Part shown: positions 40,036-51,677 of the stretch, piece after piece
Position numbering within the stretch: the first letter of the stretch is position 1
Layout of the letters: each line of letters begins with the position of its first letter
Assembly (NCBI GenBank): GCA_964353175.1
Contig: CAYGUX010000005.1
Coordinates: 84,373 to 148,372, forward strand
DNA from: an uncultured Bdellovibrionales bacterium
GTDB taxonomy: Bacteria > Bdellovibrionota_C > UBA2361 > SZUA-149 > DAOLCO01
Direction of reading: 5' to 3'
DNA length: 64,000 nt
Position numbers and translations under genes: made by a program
Notes under the pieces: model-generated
Told to the model about the DNA's origin: nothing
Databases searched by the model: none
What the model saw: only the letters and a program-made list of their open reading frames with translations

Positions 40036-40442
40036 ACATTTTACTTGATGCCAATATTTATATTGATATAGCATGTAGGCCCAGTCTGCAGCTTGCCTCG
40101 GTTAACTTATTTAAGAAGCTAGTACTGTCCCCGGGAATCGATGTTTGTCTTGCAAGCTGTAGTTATACTGACATTTTTTATTTGATCTCTAAGCTAACTG
40201 AGAAAAAGCATGCCCTCGAATTCTTTCAAACTCTTGAAAAAGCTAATGTACAGTTTCTTGATTTTACTGAAAAGGAAATTCGTTTTGCTAAAACATTAAA
40301 ATTTAATGATCACGAAGATGCTTGCGTATGTGCAACTGCCGTTTTAAATAACTGTTCCTTAATAGTTACTAGAGATGTTAAAGATTTTAAAAATTCACCC
40401 ACTAAGATTAGAACTCCTAGCCAGTTTTTAAGAGAATTGTAA
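40032..40442 (+). CDS. vapC: PIN-domain toxin (VapC-like)
   Basis: N-terminal acidic residue in ILLDANIYID, a further acidic residue, and a C-terminal TRD. 136 aa. Confidence 0.65.
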   Translation: MNILLDANIYIDIACRPSLQLASVNLFKKLVLSPGIDVCLASCSYTDIFYLISKLTEKKHALEFFQTLEKANVQFLDFTEKEIRFAKTLKFNDHEDACVCATAVLNNCSLIVTRDVKDFKNSPTKIRTPSQFLREL

Positions 40443-40842
40443 GCGTTCGCTCGTCGTTAACATAAGACCACTTTAATCAACTAAATTGCCTTACATAAGA
40501 ATATTATTTACTCACAGCAGGTTTTATGCTTTCCTGGGGGTTGGGTTTAATTAAATTAAATCTAAGAATAATGCTTAGTTCCTAATCGTAAATTTAGTAA
40601 ACAAGAGAATGCTTTCATGTTAAGGATAGTGTCCGGAATCTTTCTGCTAGAGATCCGTCCTTTGCGAATGTTGAATTCCTGCAAAACAGCCTGTCGTAGT
40701 CGGTCATATTCTTAGCCATAAGTGACCAATATTGGTCTAAATTTTCATTTATTTACACACATCTTATGAAGTTGATGCTGTTAAGAAGTGGTCTAAGTAT
40801 ATGTAAAAAAAGGAAATGGGATATACCTAGGGATTTCCTCAG

Positions 40843-40892
40843 CCACAATTTATGGTATTGACCGCCTCGAAGGACCACTATATGTAGTGGTA
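40843..40892. promoter_or_regulatory. Candidate NrdR operator: two boxes ~33 bp apart, upstream of nrdA
   Basis: Box 2 is a near-perfect palindrome, ACCACTATATGTAGTGGT (40875-40892). Box 1, CCACAATTTATGGTAT (40843-40858), matches the acaCaAtATaTtGtgt consensus at about 11 of 16 positions. The pair lies 110-160 bp upstream of the nrdA ATG. Confidence 0.35.
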
Positions 40893-41000
40893 TGCTCACT
40901 TTTTACCTCTATCGGGAAAAAAGATATTAAAGCAAGGAATCATTAGAAAATAGAGAGATTTTAACAATACAATTGAGACATTCAAAGAGGAGATAATTCT

Positions 41001-43883
41001 ATGGGTACTAAGGGCAATACTCAAACTAAAGATACTGGAGATACTAGCCAAGAAAATACTTTGGTTCGCCCAGAAATCAAAGTTAATAAGCGCAACGGAA
41101 AGGTAGCTAGTTTTGATGGTAATTTAATTAGGGTGGCAATTGAAAAAGCATTTAAGGCTGATAGAGGATTAAGCCAGGCTGAACAATTAGACCAGTTTTC
41201 CCAAAATGAAGTAGAAACTATTAGTGACGAAGTAATAAAAAGAGTATTTGCACAATTAAGCCCTTCTAAAGATTTAAGCATTGAACAAATACAAGATTTT
41301 GTAGAAATGCTTTTAATGCAAGGCGGACATTATAGCGTCGCAAAACGTTATATCTTGTATAGAGAAGAAAGGACTAAGGCAAGAAAGCTAAGAGGAGAAG
41401 AGCTGGAGTTAGGTGGCGAAATTAGCAATGACATTAAGTTAAAAACTGCTTCCGGAGAAGAAATTACTTTAGATTGGGAAGAGGTTAAGCTACGCGTTTC
41501 TTTAGCATGCAAGGACTATCCAGCCTGTAATAGCGATTCATTACTCGAAGAGGTATCTAGAGCAATATTTAACCACATGACTGTGGAAGAACTAGACAGA
41601 GCGTTGATTTTAGCTACTAGAACTAAAATCGAAAGAGAACCATCTTATCAGAATGTAGCCTCTTACCTGCTACTTGATATGATCTATAAGGAAGTGATTG
41701 GGCATAGTATCAATGAAGAGACGATTGAAGAAAGTTATAAATCAAATTTTGAAAGTTTCTTAAGAAAAGGTGTTAGTGCTGGTAGATTAAGTCCAGAACT
41801 TTTAGTTTTCGATAGTCAGAAAATTTCTAACGCTCTTGTGATGGAAAGAGATAGAAAATTTTTATACATTGGACTTCAAACAATATACGATAGATATCTG
41901 CTTCATGTAGATAATAAAAGAATTGAAACACCACAGTATTTCTGGATGCGTGTAGCAATGGGCTTAAGTGCTAAAGAAGGTGCACGGAAAGAAGAGAAGG
42001 CTATAGAATTTTACAATATATTGTCTAGCTTTAGGTTCATCTCTAGTACCCCTACCCTTTTTAATGCAGGCACACCTCACCCTCAATTGAGTTCATGTTA
42101 TTTGACTACGATTGATGATGATCTTGAGCATATATTTAAATGTATTAGTGATAATGCTAAATTATCCAAGTGGGCAGGTGGTCTAGGAAATGACTGGACT
42201 CAAGTTAGGTCAACTGGCGCTAGGATTAAGGGAACAAATGGTGCGAGTCAAGGAGTTGTACCGTTTCTTAAGGTAGCTAATGATACCGCAATCGCTGTTA
42301 ATCAGGGTGGCAAAAGAAAAGGTGCGGTTTGTGCGTACTTAGAAAGCTGGCATTTAGAACTTGAAGAGTTCTTAGATCTTAGAAAAAATACTGGTGATGA
42401 CAGAAGACGCACTCACGATATGAATACGGCAAACTGGATCCCAGATTTATTCATGGAGAGAGTTTATAGCAATGGTGTTTGGACTTTATTTAGTCCAAAT
42501 GACGTTCCTGATTTGCATGATTTATATGGTAAGGCGTTTAAGATTCGTTATGAGCATTACGAAAAGATGGTAGAAGAAGGTAAAATTGAATTATACAGAC
42601 AATTACCAGCGATAGAAGTATGGCGTAAGATGTTAAGTATGTTATTTGAGACAGGGCATCCTTGGATTACTTTTAAAGATCCTTCAAACATAAGATCACC
42701 TCAAAGTCATGCAGGAGTTGTCCATAGCTCAAACCTTTGTACGGAGATTTTATTAAATACTAGTGCCGATGAAACAGCAGTTTGTAACCTAGGTTCCATA
42801 AATTTAACTGAGCATATCTCTGATGGTAAACTAGACGAAGATAAGGTGGCTGAAACAATACATACTGCAGTACGAATGCTTGATAATGTAGTTGATATTA
42901 ACTTTTACCCGACTGTAGAAGCTAAGAATTCGAACCTTAGGCATCGACCAGTAGGATTAGGTTTAATGGGATTCCAGGATGCCCTATATCTGTTAGATCA
43001 TTCTTATCAAAGTGAAGAAGCATTAGCTTTTGCTGATTACAGCATGGAATTTATTTCCTATCACGCCATATTAGGATCATCTGAGTTAGCTAAAGAGAAA
43101 GGGACGTATTCTAGTTACAGAGGGTCTAAATGGGATCAAGGATTAATTCCAATAGATACATTGGATCTTTTACAAGAAGAAAGAGGAGGTTATGTTGACG
43201 TTGATAGAACCGTTCGGATGGATTGGACACCAGTAAGGGAATCTATCAAATTAAATGGCATGAGAAATTCCAATGTGATGGCTATAGCTCCAACTGCAAC
43301 AATCGCAAATATTGCAGGCACGACACAATCGATAGAGCCTACTTTTAGAAATTTATACGTTAAGAGTAATCTTTCTGGAGAATTTACAATTATCAACCCA
43401 TATCTTGTAGAAGATCTAAAGAAGATCAATATGTGGGATGATGAAATGTTAGATGACTTGAAATACTTTGATGGTGTGGTAGCGGATATAGAGCGAGTAC
43501 CGGAAGAGTTAAAGGTTAAATATATTACAGCTTTTGAGATCGATTCCAGATGGTTGATAGAAGCTGCGAGCAGAAGACAAAAGTGGATAGATATGGGACA
43601 ATCTCTAAATCTATATATCGCGACTCCTAACGGTAAATTGCTAGATGAGATGTATAAATTTGCTTGGGAGAAAGGCCTAAAGACTACTTATTATTTAAGG
43701 TCTCAAGGTGCTACCCAAGTAGAAAAATCTAGTATGGATGTAAACAGAAGAGGTATTCAGCCTAAATGGATGAAAAATAGGTCTGCTTCTAGTGATATTG
43801 AGATCAGAAGAGATCAGGTGGAACAAGTTGGATCAGCTAAAGTTTGTGATTTAATGGAGCCAGATTGTGAGGCTTGTCAGTAG
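41001..43883 (+). CDS. nrdA: Ribonucleoside-diphosphate reductase class I alpha subunit with an N-terminal ATP-cone
   Basis: ATP-cone ([25 protein letters not shown]), active-site blocks (NLCTEI, a C-terminal CxxC tail [11 protein letters not shown]). 960 aa. Confidence 0.92.
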   Translation: MGTKGNTQTKDTGDTSQENTLVRPEIKVNKRNGKVASFDGNLIRVAIEKAFKADRGLSQAEQLDQFSQNEVETISDEVIKRVFAQLSPSKDLSIEQIQDFVEMLLMQGGHYSVAKRYILYREERTKARKLRGEELELGGEISNDIKLKTASGEEITLDWEEVKLRVSLACKDYPACNSDSLLEEVSRAIFNHMTVEELDRALILATRTKIEREPSYQNVASYLLLDMIYKEVIGHSINEETIEESYKSNFESFLRKGVSAGRLSPELLVFDSQKISNALVMERDRKFLYIGLQTIYDRYLLHVDNKRIETPQYFWMRVAMGLSAKEGARKEEKAIEFYNILSSFRFISSTPTLFNAGTPHPQLSSCYLTTIDDDLEHIFKCISDNAKLSKWAGGLGNDWTQVRSTGARIKGTNGASQGVVPFLKVANDTAIAVNQGGKRKGAVCAYLESWHLELEEFLDLRKNTGDDRRRTHDMNTANWIPDLFMERVYSNGVWTLFSPNDVPDLHDLYGKAFKIRYEHYEKMVEEGKIELYRQLPAIEVWRKMLSMLFETGHPWITFKDPSNIRSPQSHAGVVHSSNLCTEILLNTSADETAVCNLGSINLTEHISDGKLDEDKVAETIHTAVRMLDNVVDINFYPTVEAKNSNLRHRPVGLGLMGFQDALYLLDHSYQSEEALAFADYSMEFISYHAILGSSELAKEKGTYSSYRGSKWDQGLIPIDTLDLLQEERGGYVDVDRTVRMDWTPVRESIKLNGMRNSNVMAIAPTATIANIAGTTQSIEPTFRNLYVKSNLSGEFTIINPYLVEDLKKINMWDDEMLDDLKYFDGVVADIERVPEELKVKYITAFEIDSRWLIEAASRRQKWIDMGQSLNLYIATPNGKLLDEMYKFAWEKGLKTTYYLRSQGATQVEKSSMDVNRRGIQPKWMKNRSASSDIEIRRDQVEQVGSAKVCDLMEPDCEACQ

Positions 43884-43922
43884 TAAGTAATAAGTAGTTA
43901 AATTTTAAAAGGAGAATTAATT

Positions 43923-44978
43923 ATGTCATGTTGTGATGGAACTGAAGCAGGAGCATACGATTTAAGTAAACGAATTAATGCTGACGATAAAAGATTGATT
44001 AACTGTAAAGCAGTTGATGTTAATCAACTTATGCCACTAAAGTATAACTGGGCGTGGGAACATTATCTAAATGGTTGTGCCAACCACTGGATGCCTACAG
44101 AAGTATCTATGCAGAAGGATATTGAGTTGTGGAAGTCTGGTAAGCTAACTGAAGCTGAACGAAAAATCATTATGCGTAACCTTGGTTTTTTTAGTACAGG
44201 CGAGAGTTTGGTCGGTAACAACATTGTATTATCGATTTTCAAACACGTTACCAATGCAGAAGTAAGACAATATTTATTAAGGCAGGCATTTGAAGAAGCT
44301 ATTCATACCCATACTTTTCATTATATCGTTGAATCTTTAGGCCTTGATGGTCGTGAAGTTTTCAATATGTATCATGAAGTTTCATCTATTCGTGGTAAGG
44401 ATGCTTTTGTTATGTCTTTAACTGATGACATGATGGATCCTGATTTTACAACTGATACATTAGAAGGAAAGCAAAAACTTCTAAAAAACCTAATTGGTTT
44501 TTATGTCGTGATGGAAGGAATATTCTTCTATAGTGGCTTTGTTATGATTCTATCATTCCATAGACAAAATAGAATGACAGGAATTGGTGAGCAGTTTCAG
44601 TATATTCTTAGAGATGAGACTACTCATCTTAACTTTGGAATTGATTTGATTAACAGTATTAAGGCTGAAAACCCTGAAATCTGGACTCCAGAGTTCCAAG
44701 CGCAAATTATTCAAATGGTTGATGAAGCTACCACTTATGAATATATCTATGCTAGAGACTGCGTGCCTGATGGCATATTAGGTCTAAGTGCTGATAAGTT
44801 CTTAGAGTACGTTCAATTTATTGCTGATAGAAGATTAGAGAGAATTGGATTGGGAACCAAGTACGGTTCAAAGAATCCATTTCCTTGGATGAGTGAGACT
44901 ATTGATTTGGCAAAAGAGAAAAACTTTTTTGAAACAAGAGTTACGGATTACCAAAATGCTGGTGCTTTACAGTGGTAA
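43923..44978 (+). CDS. nrdB: Ribonucleoside-diphosphate reductase class I beta subunit
   Basis: Di-iron ligand blocks ([10 protein letters not shown], the EGIFFYSGF region, RDETTHL) and a C-terminal aromatic tail. 351 aa. Confidence 0.9.
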   Translation: MSCCDGTEAGAYDLSKRINADDKRLINCKAVDVNQLMPLKYNWAWEHYLNGCANHWMPTEVSMQKDIELWKSGKLTEAERKIIMRNLGFFSTGESLVGNNIVLSIFKHVTNAEVRQYLLRQAFEEAIHTHTFHYIVESLGLDGREVFNMYHEVSSIRGKDAFVMSLTDDMMDPDFTTDTLEGKQKLLKNLIGFYVVMEGIFFYSGFVMILSFHRQNRMTGIGEQFQYILRDETTHLNFGIDLINSIKAENPEIWTPEFQAQIIQMVDEATTYEYIYARDCVPDGILGLSADKFLEYVQFIADRRLERIGLGTKYGSKNPFPWMSETIDLAKEKNFFETRVTDYQNAGALQW

Positions 44979-45002
44979 AACTACCCTAAAAAGTGTATTA
45001 CA

Positions 45003-45028
45003 GGGGGAGCTAATGCTCCCCCTTTTTT
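45003..45028 (+). terminator. Rho-independent terminator after nrdB
   Basis: GGGGGAGC-taat-GCTCCCCC followed by TTTTTT, 24 nt after the nrdB stop. Confidence 0.8.
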
Positions 45029-46234
45029 ATGATTTTAAAAAGCCCTTTAGACACCTGCTTTCAAAGCCTAGACTCAGAAGAGACAGTTCAAAATATTTGC
45101 TGTCTAGCAATTTTGAAAAAAGAATTAGATGCCGGAGAACTAGAGTCAGTAGTACGAGAGGCTGCGAAACGATACCCTAAACTAAAATATATATTAGGTC
45201 CCTTAAGTAGTAGATATTTTATTCGACCTTTAAAAGACGTGACACCCTGTGTCCCACTTAGTGAGAATTCCCTAAAGGGTTTTTTGGGGAAATTTTCAGA
45301 AAAACTAGATTCCAATCAACTTCCTTGGAAAATTCTCTATTCAGGCTCAAAAGAAGGAACTCAAATACTTAGTTACATGCTTAGTCATGCCTTGGGAGAT
45401 GGTGTAAGTGGCTTAGATTTTTTCCATTCCTTATCTAATAAATCTGAGAACAAAGCATTAAAAAAAGATAGGGCAGCAAACCCACCTAAGTATTTTGGAG
45501 CTACTAAAAGCATTATTAAAGAGATGTTGGGTAAACCCAATATCCACTCAGTAAATGGTATTAATTCGAGTAAAAGAGAACTACTTTTACTTACCATGCC
45601 TTACGATAGTTTAAAGAAATTAAAAAAAGAGAACTCAACCACAGCCTACGCAGTGCTCTTGGCTTTAGTTTCATATATAGTAAGTGATTACAGTGGCATC
45701 GTTTGTAAGAGTAAATACGCTAAGCCACTTCTTCCGGTTAGCATTAGAGGTAAAAATAGGCCAAAGGATCTATCTAATAAAATCGGTGGAGCCACAATAC
45801 GATTACCCTTAGGGGAAACAAACAGCGGTAAACTAATCGAGCAAATAGCCATTGAACTAAACACTAAATTAACTGAAGACGCCTATTACGCCTATTATCT
45901 ATGGGCATTCATTCTCTCCAAGCTACCTACTTCTCTCAGAAAATATTTATTGTATTTCTCTGCTAAAAAGACTTCCTTTATTTGTACCAACCTCATTGGC
46001 CCTAATCATCCTATAGTTATCGCCGATGCTGAGATAGAGGAACAATATGTAATACCAGCCCTAATGCCTGGACACGGGCTTGGTTTTGGTTTCATGAAGT
46101 CCAACCAAAAGATGCAGATTGCAATCATCTTTGATCCACATATAATTAAAGATAGATTGAAACTAAAGAATAGTTTAATGACAGCCCTGGGGAAAATGGG
46201 GATTTCAGAGGGTTATAAAATCAGAGAGAGTTGA
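45029..46234 (+). CDS. WS/DGAT- or condensation-domain-like acyltransferase family protein. The start is uncertain because the ORF begins in the terminator T-tract.
   Basis: LSYMLSHALGDGVSGLDFFH resembles the HHxxxDG catalytic motif of wax-ester synthase/DGAT and other condensation-fold acyltransferases, with the first His replaced by Ser. ~400 aa. Confidence 0.35.
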   Translation: MILKSPLDTCFQSLDSEETVQNICCLAILKKELDAGELESVVREAAKRYPKLKYILGPLSSRYFIRPLKDVTPCVPLSENSLKGFLGKFSEKLDSNQLPWKILYSGSKEGTQILSYMLSHALGDGVSGLDFFHSLSNKSENKALKKDRAANPPKYFGATKSIIKEMLGKPNIHSVNGINSSKRELLLLTMPYDSLKKLKKENSTTAYAVLLALVSYIVSDYSGIVCKSKYAKPLLPVSIRGKNRPKDLSNKIGGATIRLPLGETNSGKLIEQIAIELNTKLTEDAYYAYYLWAFILSKLPTSLRKYLLYFSAKKTSFICTNLIGPNHPIVIADAEIEEQYVIPALMPGHGLGFGFMKSNQKMQIAIIFDPHIIKDRLKLKNSLMTALGKMGISEGYKIRES

Positions 46235-46305
46235 AATGTTGAAATTAAGCCACTCAATAGAGGCGCCCAAACAAAGTGACTATAACAAGCCTAAATTAAA
46301 AAAAA

Positions 46306-46379
<74 letters not shown>

Positions 46380-46452
46380 ATAAATACAGGTATGCATTTA
46401 TACTTACAAGAAGGTTTGGTCAAGCTATAGAAGTAATTTAGAGTAAATTTTA

Positions 46453-46476
46453 CCTCAGGAGTTTAAGTCCCTGAGG
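46453..46476 (-). terminator. Weak hairpin (CCTCAGG-N10-CCTGAGG) just after the rpoD stop
   Basis: 7-bp stem with a 10-nt loop, about 10 nt downstream of the rpoD stop. It is followed by an A/T-rich stretch on the minus strand, not a clean U-tract. Confidence 0.35.
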
Positions 46477-46485
46477 TGAGAATTA

Positions 46486-48447
46486 CTACATTTTCTCTAC
46501 GAAACCTTTTAGCTTCTTAAGACGACTTGGGTGCCGCAACTTCCTAAGTGCTTTAGCTTCAATTTGCCTAATTCTTTCTCTAGTTACATCGAAGTTCTTC
46601 CCAACCTCTTCTAAGGTATGGTCGCTTCTTTCACCGATTCCAAATCGCATTCTTAAAACTTTCTCTTCCCTAGGCGTAAGCGTCGCCAATACCCTTCTCG
46701 TTTGCTCTTGTAAATTAAGATTCTCAACAGCATCAGAGGGCAGAATAACCCGCCTATCCTCAATGAAGTCTCCTAAAGCACTATCAGCATCGTCTCCAAT
46801 TGGCGTTTCTAAAGATACCGGCTCTTTCGCAATTTTTATAACTTTACGAACTTTATCAACAGAAATATCCATTCTTTCTGCGATCTCTTCTGGGGTAGGC
46901 TCCCTACCTAAGTCTTGAACTAAGTACCTTTGTACTCTCACGAGCTTATTGATAGTTTCAATCATGTGAACAGGGATTCTGATTGTTCTAGCTTGATCAG
47001 CAATGGCTCTTGTAATGGCCTGCCGAATCCACCAAGTAGCATAAGTAGAGAATTTATATCCTCTTTGGTATTCAAACTTATCGACTGCCTTCATCAGGCC
47101 GATGTTACCTTCCTGGATCAAGTCTAGGAATTGTAATCCTCTATTAGTATATTTCTTAGCTAAACTAACAACTAATCTAAGATTAGCTTCAACTAGTTCT
47201 TGTTTAGCAAAATATACTTTGATTTCACTCTTATCAAGAGCCCGCACGGATCTTCTAAGTTCCACTGCGGTAAGAAGTATTTCTTGTTCAATTGTTCTAA
47301 CTCTATTTCTCGCATAGATTAAGCCTTCTGCTAAACTTTTAGCATCCGCTACTTTCATCTTGAGTCTCTTAGCAGCTCTCTTTAAAGCTAACTGATCATC
47401 TGAAAGAATCTCATCTACAGCTTCCTGTAATTCAGAAAGCGTACGTCCAGTCTCTCTTTGGGCATCTTCAAGAACTTGAATGGCATCAGCCACCTCTACT
47501 AGGTAAGCCTTCTTCTTCGCTGTGATATATTCTAAGTGCTTTTTCCCAAGTTGTAGTTCTTCATACTTACTTCGAATTTTATCACGAAGTTTATCGTACT
47601 TCTTTATATATTCTTTGTAATTTTTATTATCACTTGGAGTCTTCTGTATGAGAATCAAGGCTTCTTCTAACTGCTTCCAGAATTTCTTTATAGGCTGAAC
47701 ATTCTTAAAAAATTTCTTTTTTGCTTCTTCATCATCAGGTGGTGGTACATCTGCTTTGGCAGCAACTGGACTATCTTCATCATCGGAAACGGCTGTATCG
47801 TCTTCCTCCTCGACCTCTTCCTCATCTGGAGTTGAATCATCCTCATCAAATAAGTCTTTAACTCGAACCTTACCTTCTTTGAGTGCTTCGCTAAGATCTA
47901 TTATATGTTTTATTGAAATGGGAGATCTTCCTAGTTCAGACAAAATCTCCATTTGCCCTTCCTCTATCCTCTTAGCGATAACAACTTCGCCCTCTCTAGT
48001 TAAAAGCCCTACTCCGCCCATTTCCCTAAGATACATTCTAACAGGGTCAGTACCTCTAGCTACTCCTGCAGTAACAGTACTCTCTGCCGCAGTTTCATTT
48101 GCTTGTGGTTCTCCAACTCTTAAATTATCCGAAGAATTCGTATTCGATGATCCAGAATCATCAATGATATCAATCTCTCCATCGCCAAGGAGTGAGAAAA
48201 AATCATCCATATCAGTATCAGAACTAGATTCGCTACTGTCAAACGCTACCAAACTTTCAATATCTTCTTCCTTGGCTTCACGTCTAAGTGGCTTACTGTC
48301 AAGATTGTCATCAAGGGATTGATCATCTAAATTGTAATTATCAAGTTTTGCGCTTAGTGCAGCCTTAGCAGGCCTGCCTCTTGCTCCTTTACGATTCGCT
48401 TTTATGGAAACTTTTTTTACAGTCTTCTTCGCAACTTTAATTGACAT
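46486..48447 (-). CDS. rpoD: RNA polymerase primary sigma factor (sigma-70)
   Basis: Regions 1.2 to 4.2 are present: [42 protein letters not shown]...[17 protein letters not shown]. The acidic region 1.1 gives 653 aa. Confidence 0.95.
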   Translation of the reverse strand: MSIKVAKKTVKKVSIKANRKGARGRPAKAALSAKLDNYNLDDQSLDDNLDSKPLRREAKEEDIESLVAFDSSESSSDTDMDDFFSLLGDGEIDIIDDSGSSNTNSSDNLRVGEPQANETAAESTVTAGVARGTDPVRMYLREMGGVGLLTREGEVVIAKRIEEGQMEILSELGRSPISIKHIIDLSEALKEGKVRVKDLFDEDDSTPDEEEVEEEDDTAVSDDEDSPVAAKADVPPPDDEEAKKKFFKNVQPIKKFWKQLEEALILIQKTPSDNKNYKEYIKKYDKLRDKIRSKYEELQLGKKHLEYITAKKKAYLVEVADAIQVLEDAQRETGRTLSELQEAVDEILSDDQLALKRAAKRLKMKVADAKSLAEGLIYARNRVRTIEQEILLTAVELRRSVRALDKSEIKVYFAKQELVEANLRLVVSLAKKYTNRGLQFLDLIQEGNIGLMKAVDKFEYQRGYKFSTYATWWIRQAITRAIADQARTIRIPVHMIETINKLVRVQRYLVQDLGREPTPEEIAERMDISVDKVRKVIKIAKEPVSLETPIGDDADSALGDFIEDRRVILPSDAVENLNLQEQTRRVLATLTPREEKVLRMRFGIGERSDHTLEEVGKNFDVTRERIRQIEAKALRKLRHPSRLKKLKGFVEKM

Positions 48448-48843
48448 TATCTACTTTTGATTTGATTTGGTAATATTTCTAAAAGCCAAGTATTTCGGTT
48501 AATTAATAAGAAAACGGTCCACCTCATTGGCGATAAGGCAACCTTAACTATACATGTATAGTTTTTAATGAAAAATTAAATAATTGCCATTAAATATTTT
48601 ATAATTGATGATAAAATGCCCAATATAAATTAACATACATATCAATCAGGATCTGATACCCAGTTTCCTACTATCAGAAAGATTTCATGGCTATATGATT
48701 CTAAAGGGCTATCAAACCTATTCATAGCCTTATAAACCCGCGCATTATATGCTATATATTGCGGCTAAGCAATATAGTAAAGCCTAGCTCTTTAGTTAAG
48801 AGATAATAACTAATAGACTGGGAATGGCAAAGAATATGCTTAG

Positions 48844-50772
48844 CTAGGAGTTGTTCTTGCTAAGTGCCCGTTTTTTCTCTAATTTTTCTTGAGCCATTAA
48901 GATTTTATCTTTAGGAGCGGAATCTCGTAGTTCTGCTGATTTTATACCATCAATATCTTTTAATAGGCTTAATCTACCCAAGGCCTGCGTAAAACTACTG
49001 ATAAGCTTGCCATATTCCGCCCCGCCGGTGCTTAATTGGCTAAATGCCTCCTCTAATAGGCCATCCTTTTCAAGCCCTAATTCTATCAAGATGCCATAGA
49101 TTTTAGCTATTACTTCTTCCCTCAACTCAGGATCCTGTAAGGTTTGCATTAGAGTAGGGTCATGGGGCCTAAATGCTCTAGTTATACGATCCAAAAACAA
49201 GGTTATCTTAGCATCATCTTGAACATCTATTTTCAAATTTTCAAAAATTGATTCTACTTTGATAATATTCGGATCTACTAAACAGGCAATCATTAACTGC
49301 CTTTTTAACATCGATAATGACTTATCAGAGGCGGATGTAAATTCTTCTATATTAAGATTGGAATCAAAGAATTCTTTAAATTCTTTTGGTGGAGTAGATC
49401 TGACAATTTTAGGGATGGAGGTACTAAGAGGTGCAAGCATACTATTAAGAGTGTCATAAGCCACTCCAAGCATTGAGCCGCTGTGTTTTAGTAAGACTTC
49501 CCTTTCCACAGGATTTCTAACTTCAGATAGGATCTTACAGATCTTATCTGCTATTAGGCCTGCCTCAGAAGCCTTTACGTCACTTAAGTCCAAAATACTA
49601 CCCCTTTCCAATCCTCTAACTTCCGCAGCTAGTATCCCAATATATAGTTTTAATAAATCACCCTGCCCTTGCTTAAAGATCTCTATAACTTGCTTGTCGT
49701 CTCTACCCATCCTAAGAGAATCAGGATCTTCACCCTCCGGCAAGAATATGGGAATGACCTCTAAACCCGAATTTAAAAAGGATTGAAACGATCTACTCAG
49801 AGCCATTCTTCCTGCTTTGTCTCCATCGAAGACTAGAAAGACTCTTTTGACGATGCGTGATAAGATTTTTGCATGTTCCTCAGTTAGAGCAGTCCCACAC
49901 ACTGCTAGAACATTTTCAATTCCAATCTGAGATAATGCAATTACATCAGTATATCCTTCTACGATATAAACTTCCTTCTGTTTCTGGCAAGCTAAAAATC
50001 CTGGACCCATTCCATAGAAGGACTTACGTTTGATAAACATACTGCTTTCGGGAGAATTAATATATTTAGGATTATCAGGTGAATCAGTTAGCGCCCTACC
50101 TCCAAAGGCAATTGGACTATGGTCACTTCTTGTAATCGGGAATAAGATCCTATCCCAAAAAAGTTCTGATAATTTACCAGAATCTCTTTGCCTTAAAAGT
50201 CCTACCTCCAATAGACCTTCTTCAATATCTTTTTTGCTAATTCCGTAATCTTTACCAACGGTACTGATTAGGTAATCTAAAAGCTGCCCTTGGCCTCTTT
50301 TTATAGCAAGACCGACATGAAACCTTTTAGCCACGTCTTCAGAGATGTTTCTTTTATTAAGGAAATCTTTTGCTAAATTCTTATTTTTCCAAAAACTATC
50401 TTCATAGAAATTCTGTGCTTCACTAAGAATTTTCTTCAAGTGATTTTTTCGTTGCAGGTTTTGTTCGACTCTTGGAGATTGTGCTGGTAACGAAATACCT
50501 GCTTTGCTAGCTAAGTAACGAACTGATTCTGGAAAAGTTAGTCCACGAGTCTCCATTACAAATGTGAAAGTATTGCCTTTTTTCCCACACCCAAAACAAT
50601 AATAAAGTCCCTCCTCCTCATTGATATGAAAAGATGGAGTCTTCTCTGAATGAAAGGGGCAGCAACAAACATGCTTACGACCAGCTTGTTTCACCTCGGA
50701 CCTTTCCCCAATTAAAGCAATGATGCTTGTTGCGTCCTTAACGCTATCGATGAGGGCTTCTGGATAAATCAA
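48844..50772 (-). CDS. dnaG: DNA primase
   Basis: Zn ribbon CCPFHSEKTPSF...CFGCG, TOPRIM block EGYTDVIAL, and a C-terminal helicase-interaction domain. 642 aa, upstream of rpoD. Confidence 0.92.
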   Translation of the reverse strand: MIYPEALIDSVKDATSIIALIGERSEVKQAGRKHVCCCPFHSEKTPSFHINEEEGLYYCFGCGKKGNTFTFVMETRGLTFPESVRYLASKAGISLPAQSPRVEQNLQRKNHLKKILSEAQNFYEDSFWKNKNLAKDFLNKRNISEDVAKRFHVGLAIKRGQGQLLDYLISTVGKDYGISKKDIEEGLLEVGLLRQRDSGKLSELFWDRILFPITRSDHSPIAFGGRALTDSPDNPKYINSPESSMFIKRKSFYGMGPGFLACQKQKEVYIVEGYTDVIALSQIGIENVLAVCGTALTEEHAKILSRIVKRVFLVFDGDKAGRMALSRSFQSFLNSGLEVIPIFLPEGEDPDSLRMGRDDKQVIEIFKQGQGDLLKLYIGILAAEVRGLERGSILDLSDVKASEAGLIADKICKILSEVRNPVEREVLLKHSGSMLGVAYDTLNSMLAPLSTSIPKIVRSTPPKEFKEFFDSNLNIEEFTSASDKSLSMLKRQLMIACLVDPNIIKVESIFENLKIDVQDDAKITLFLDRITRAFRPHDPTLMQTLQDPELREEVIAKIYGILIELGLEKDGLLEEAFSQLSTGGAEYGKLISSFTQALGRLSLLKDIDGIKSAELRDSAPKDKILMAQEKLEKKRALSKNNS

Positions 50773-50853
50773 ACTACTTACCTATTCCTTGGCTAAACAA
50801 AGGTATTTATAAAATACAATCGACGAGTATTGAATTCGCAAGAAAGTATTTTT

Positions 50854-51627
50854 TTAATCTAAATCACTAATGACACTTAATACACTGAATTGTAACTCAT
50901 TTTTCCCAGCTAAAACAATAAGCCATTCTCCTCTATCTGGTAACTCAAGAGTTTGAGTTTTTTGCTCTCCTGAGGATGGTTCTACTGAAATAGTTTTAAC
51001 ACCAGCTCCGATCTCTATTGGCGCGCTTATAACTCCATAAGGACTTGCTAGAGTATCCGTACTAATACCATCCGTAATAGAACAATTTGCACTATTTGCG
51101 CCGATTAAAGCATTTATAAAACGGACCCTTCCAAAGCCACTAGATGGTCTGCCAATAGGTTCAGAAACAAGTTCTATATCTACTTGATTATCTTGTGCCT
51201 GACCCAATACTAGTACAGTATATTCAGTATCGGCTGTTGGGACGAAACTTAATTCCTTAACCACATCATTAGGTCTAACACCCCTTGTTAGACGCAAAGT
51301 AGAAGGTAGCATTGCTACAGGTACGTAGTCTTTGGCCTCGTTATATCTTGTTTTTGTGAGATAAACTCCATCTTGGTATAATCCAATAGGTACAGTATCA
51401 ATTGAAGTATGAACTATCCTAATACCAGTTTTATTTGTTCTACCATTTGTATCTCCACCACCCTCACTACTTCCGCCGCCAGAGCAAGCAGAAAAGAGGA
51501 AGCCAAAGCAGATTAATAGGATAATGAATGGTTTAGATTTTAAAAAAGTCATAGTTGAACATGATTTACGTAGGGATATAAAAACAAAATATAGTAGAAT
51601 ATACAATTGAATTTCGCAATGATCCAA
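50854..51627 (-). CDS. Hypothetical lipoprotein
   Basis: Lipobox LFSACSGG, a Gly/Ser linker and a beta-rich body. Confidence 0.3.
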   Translation of the reverse strand: MDHCEIQLYILLYFVFISLRKSCSTMTFLKSKPFIILLICFGFLFSACSGGGSSEGGGDTNGRTNKTGIRIVHTSIDTVPIGLYQDGVYLTKTRYNEAKDYVPVAMLPSTLRLTRGVRPNDVVKELSFVPTADTEYTVLVLGQAQDNQVDIELVSEPIGRPSSGFGRVRFINALIGANSANCSITDGISTDTLASPYGVISAPIEIGAGVKTISVEPSSGEQKTQTLELPDRGEWLIVLAGKNELQFSVLSVISDLD

Positions 51628-51677
51628 TCTAGTCTAATTTCCAACTATTCGCATTTCTGCTATGTTTAAGAATTCAT

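Noticed and set aside
47756-48322. 188-aa Ser-rich plus-strand ORF (and the 65- and 71-aa ORFs at 46930-47317)
   Set aside because: They are antisense to rpoD. The Ser/Leu-rich translation is the mirror of the acidic region 1.1 of sigma-70.
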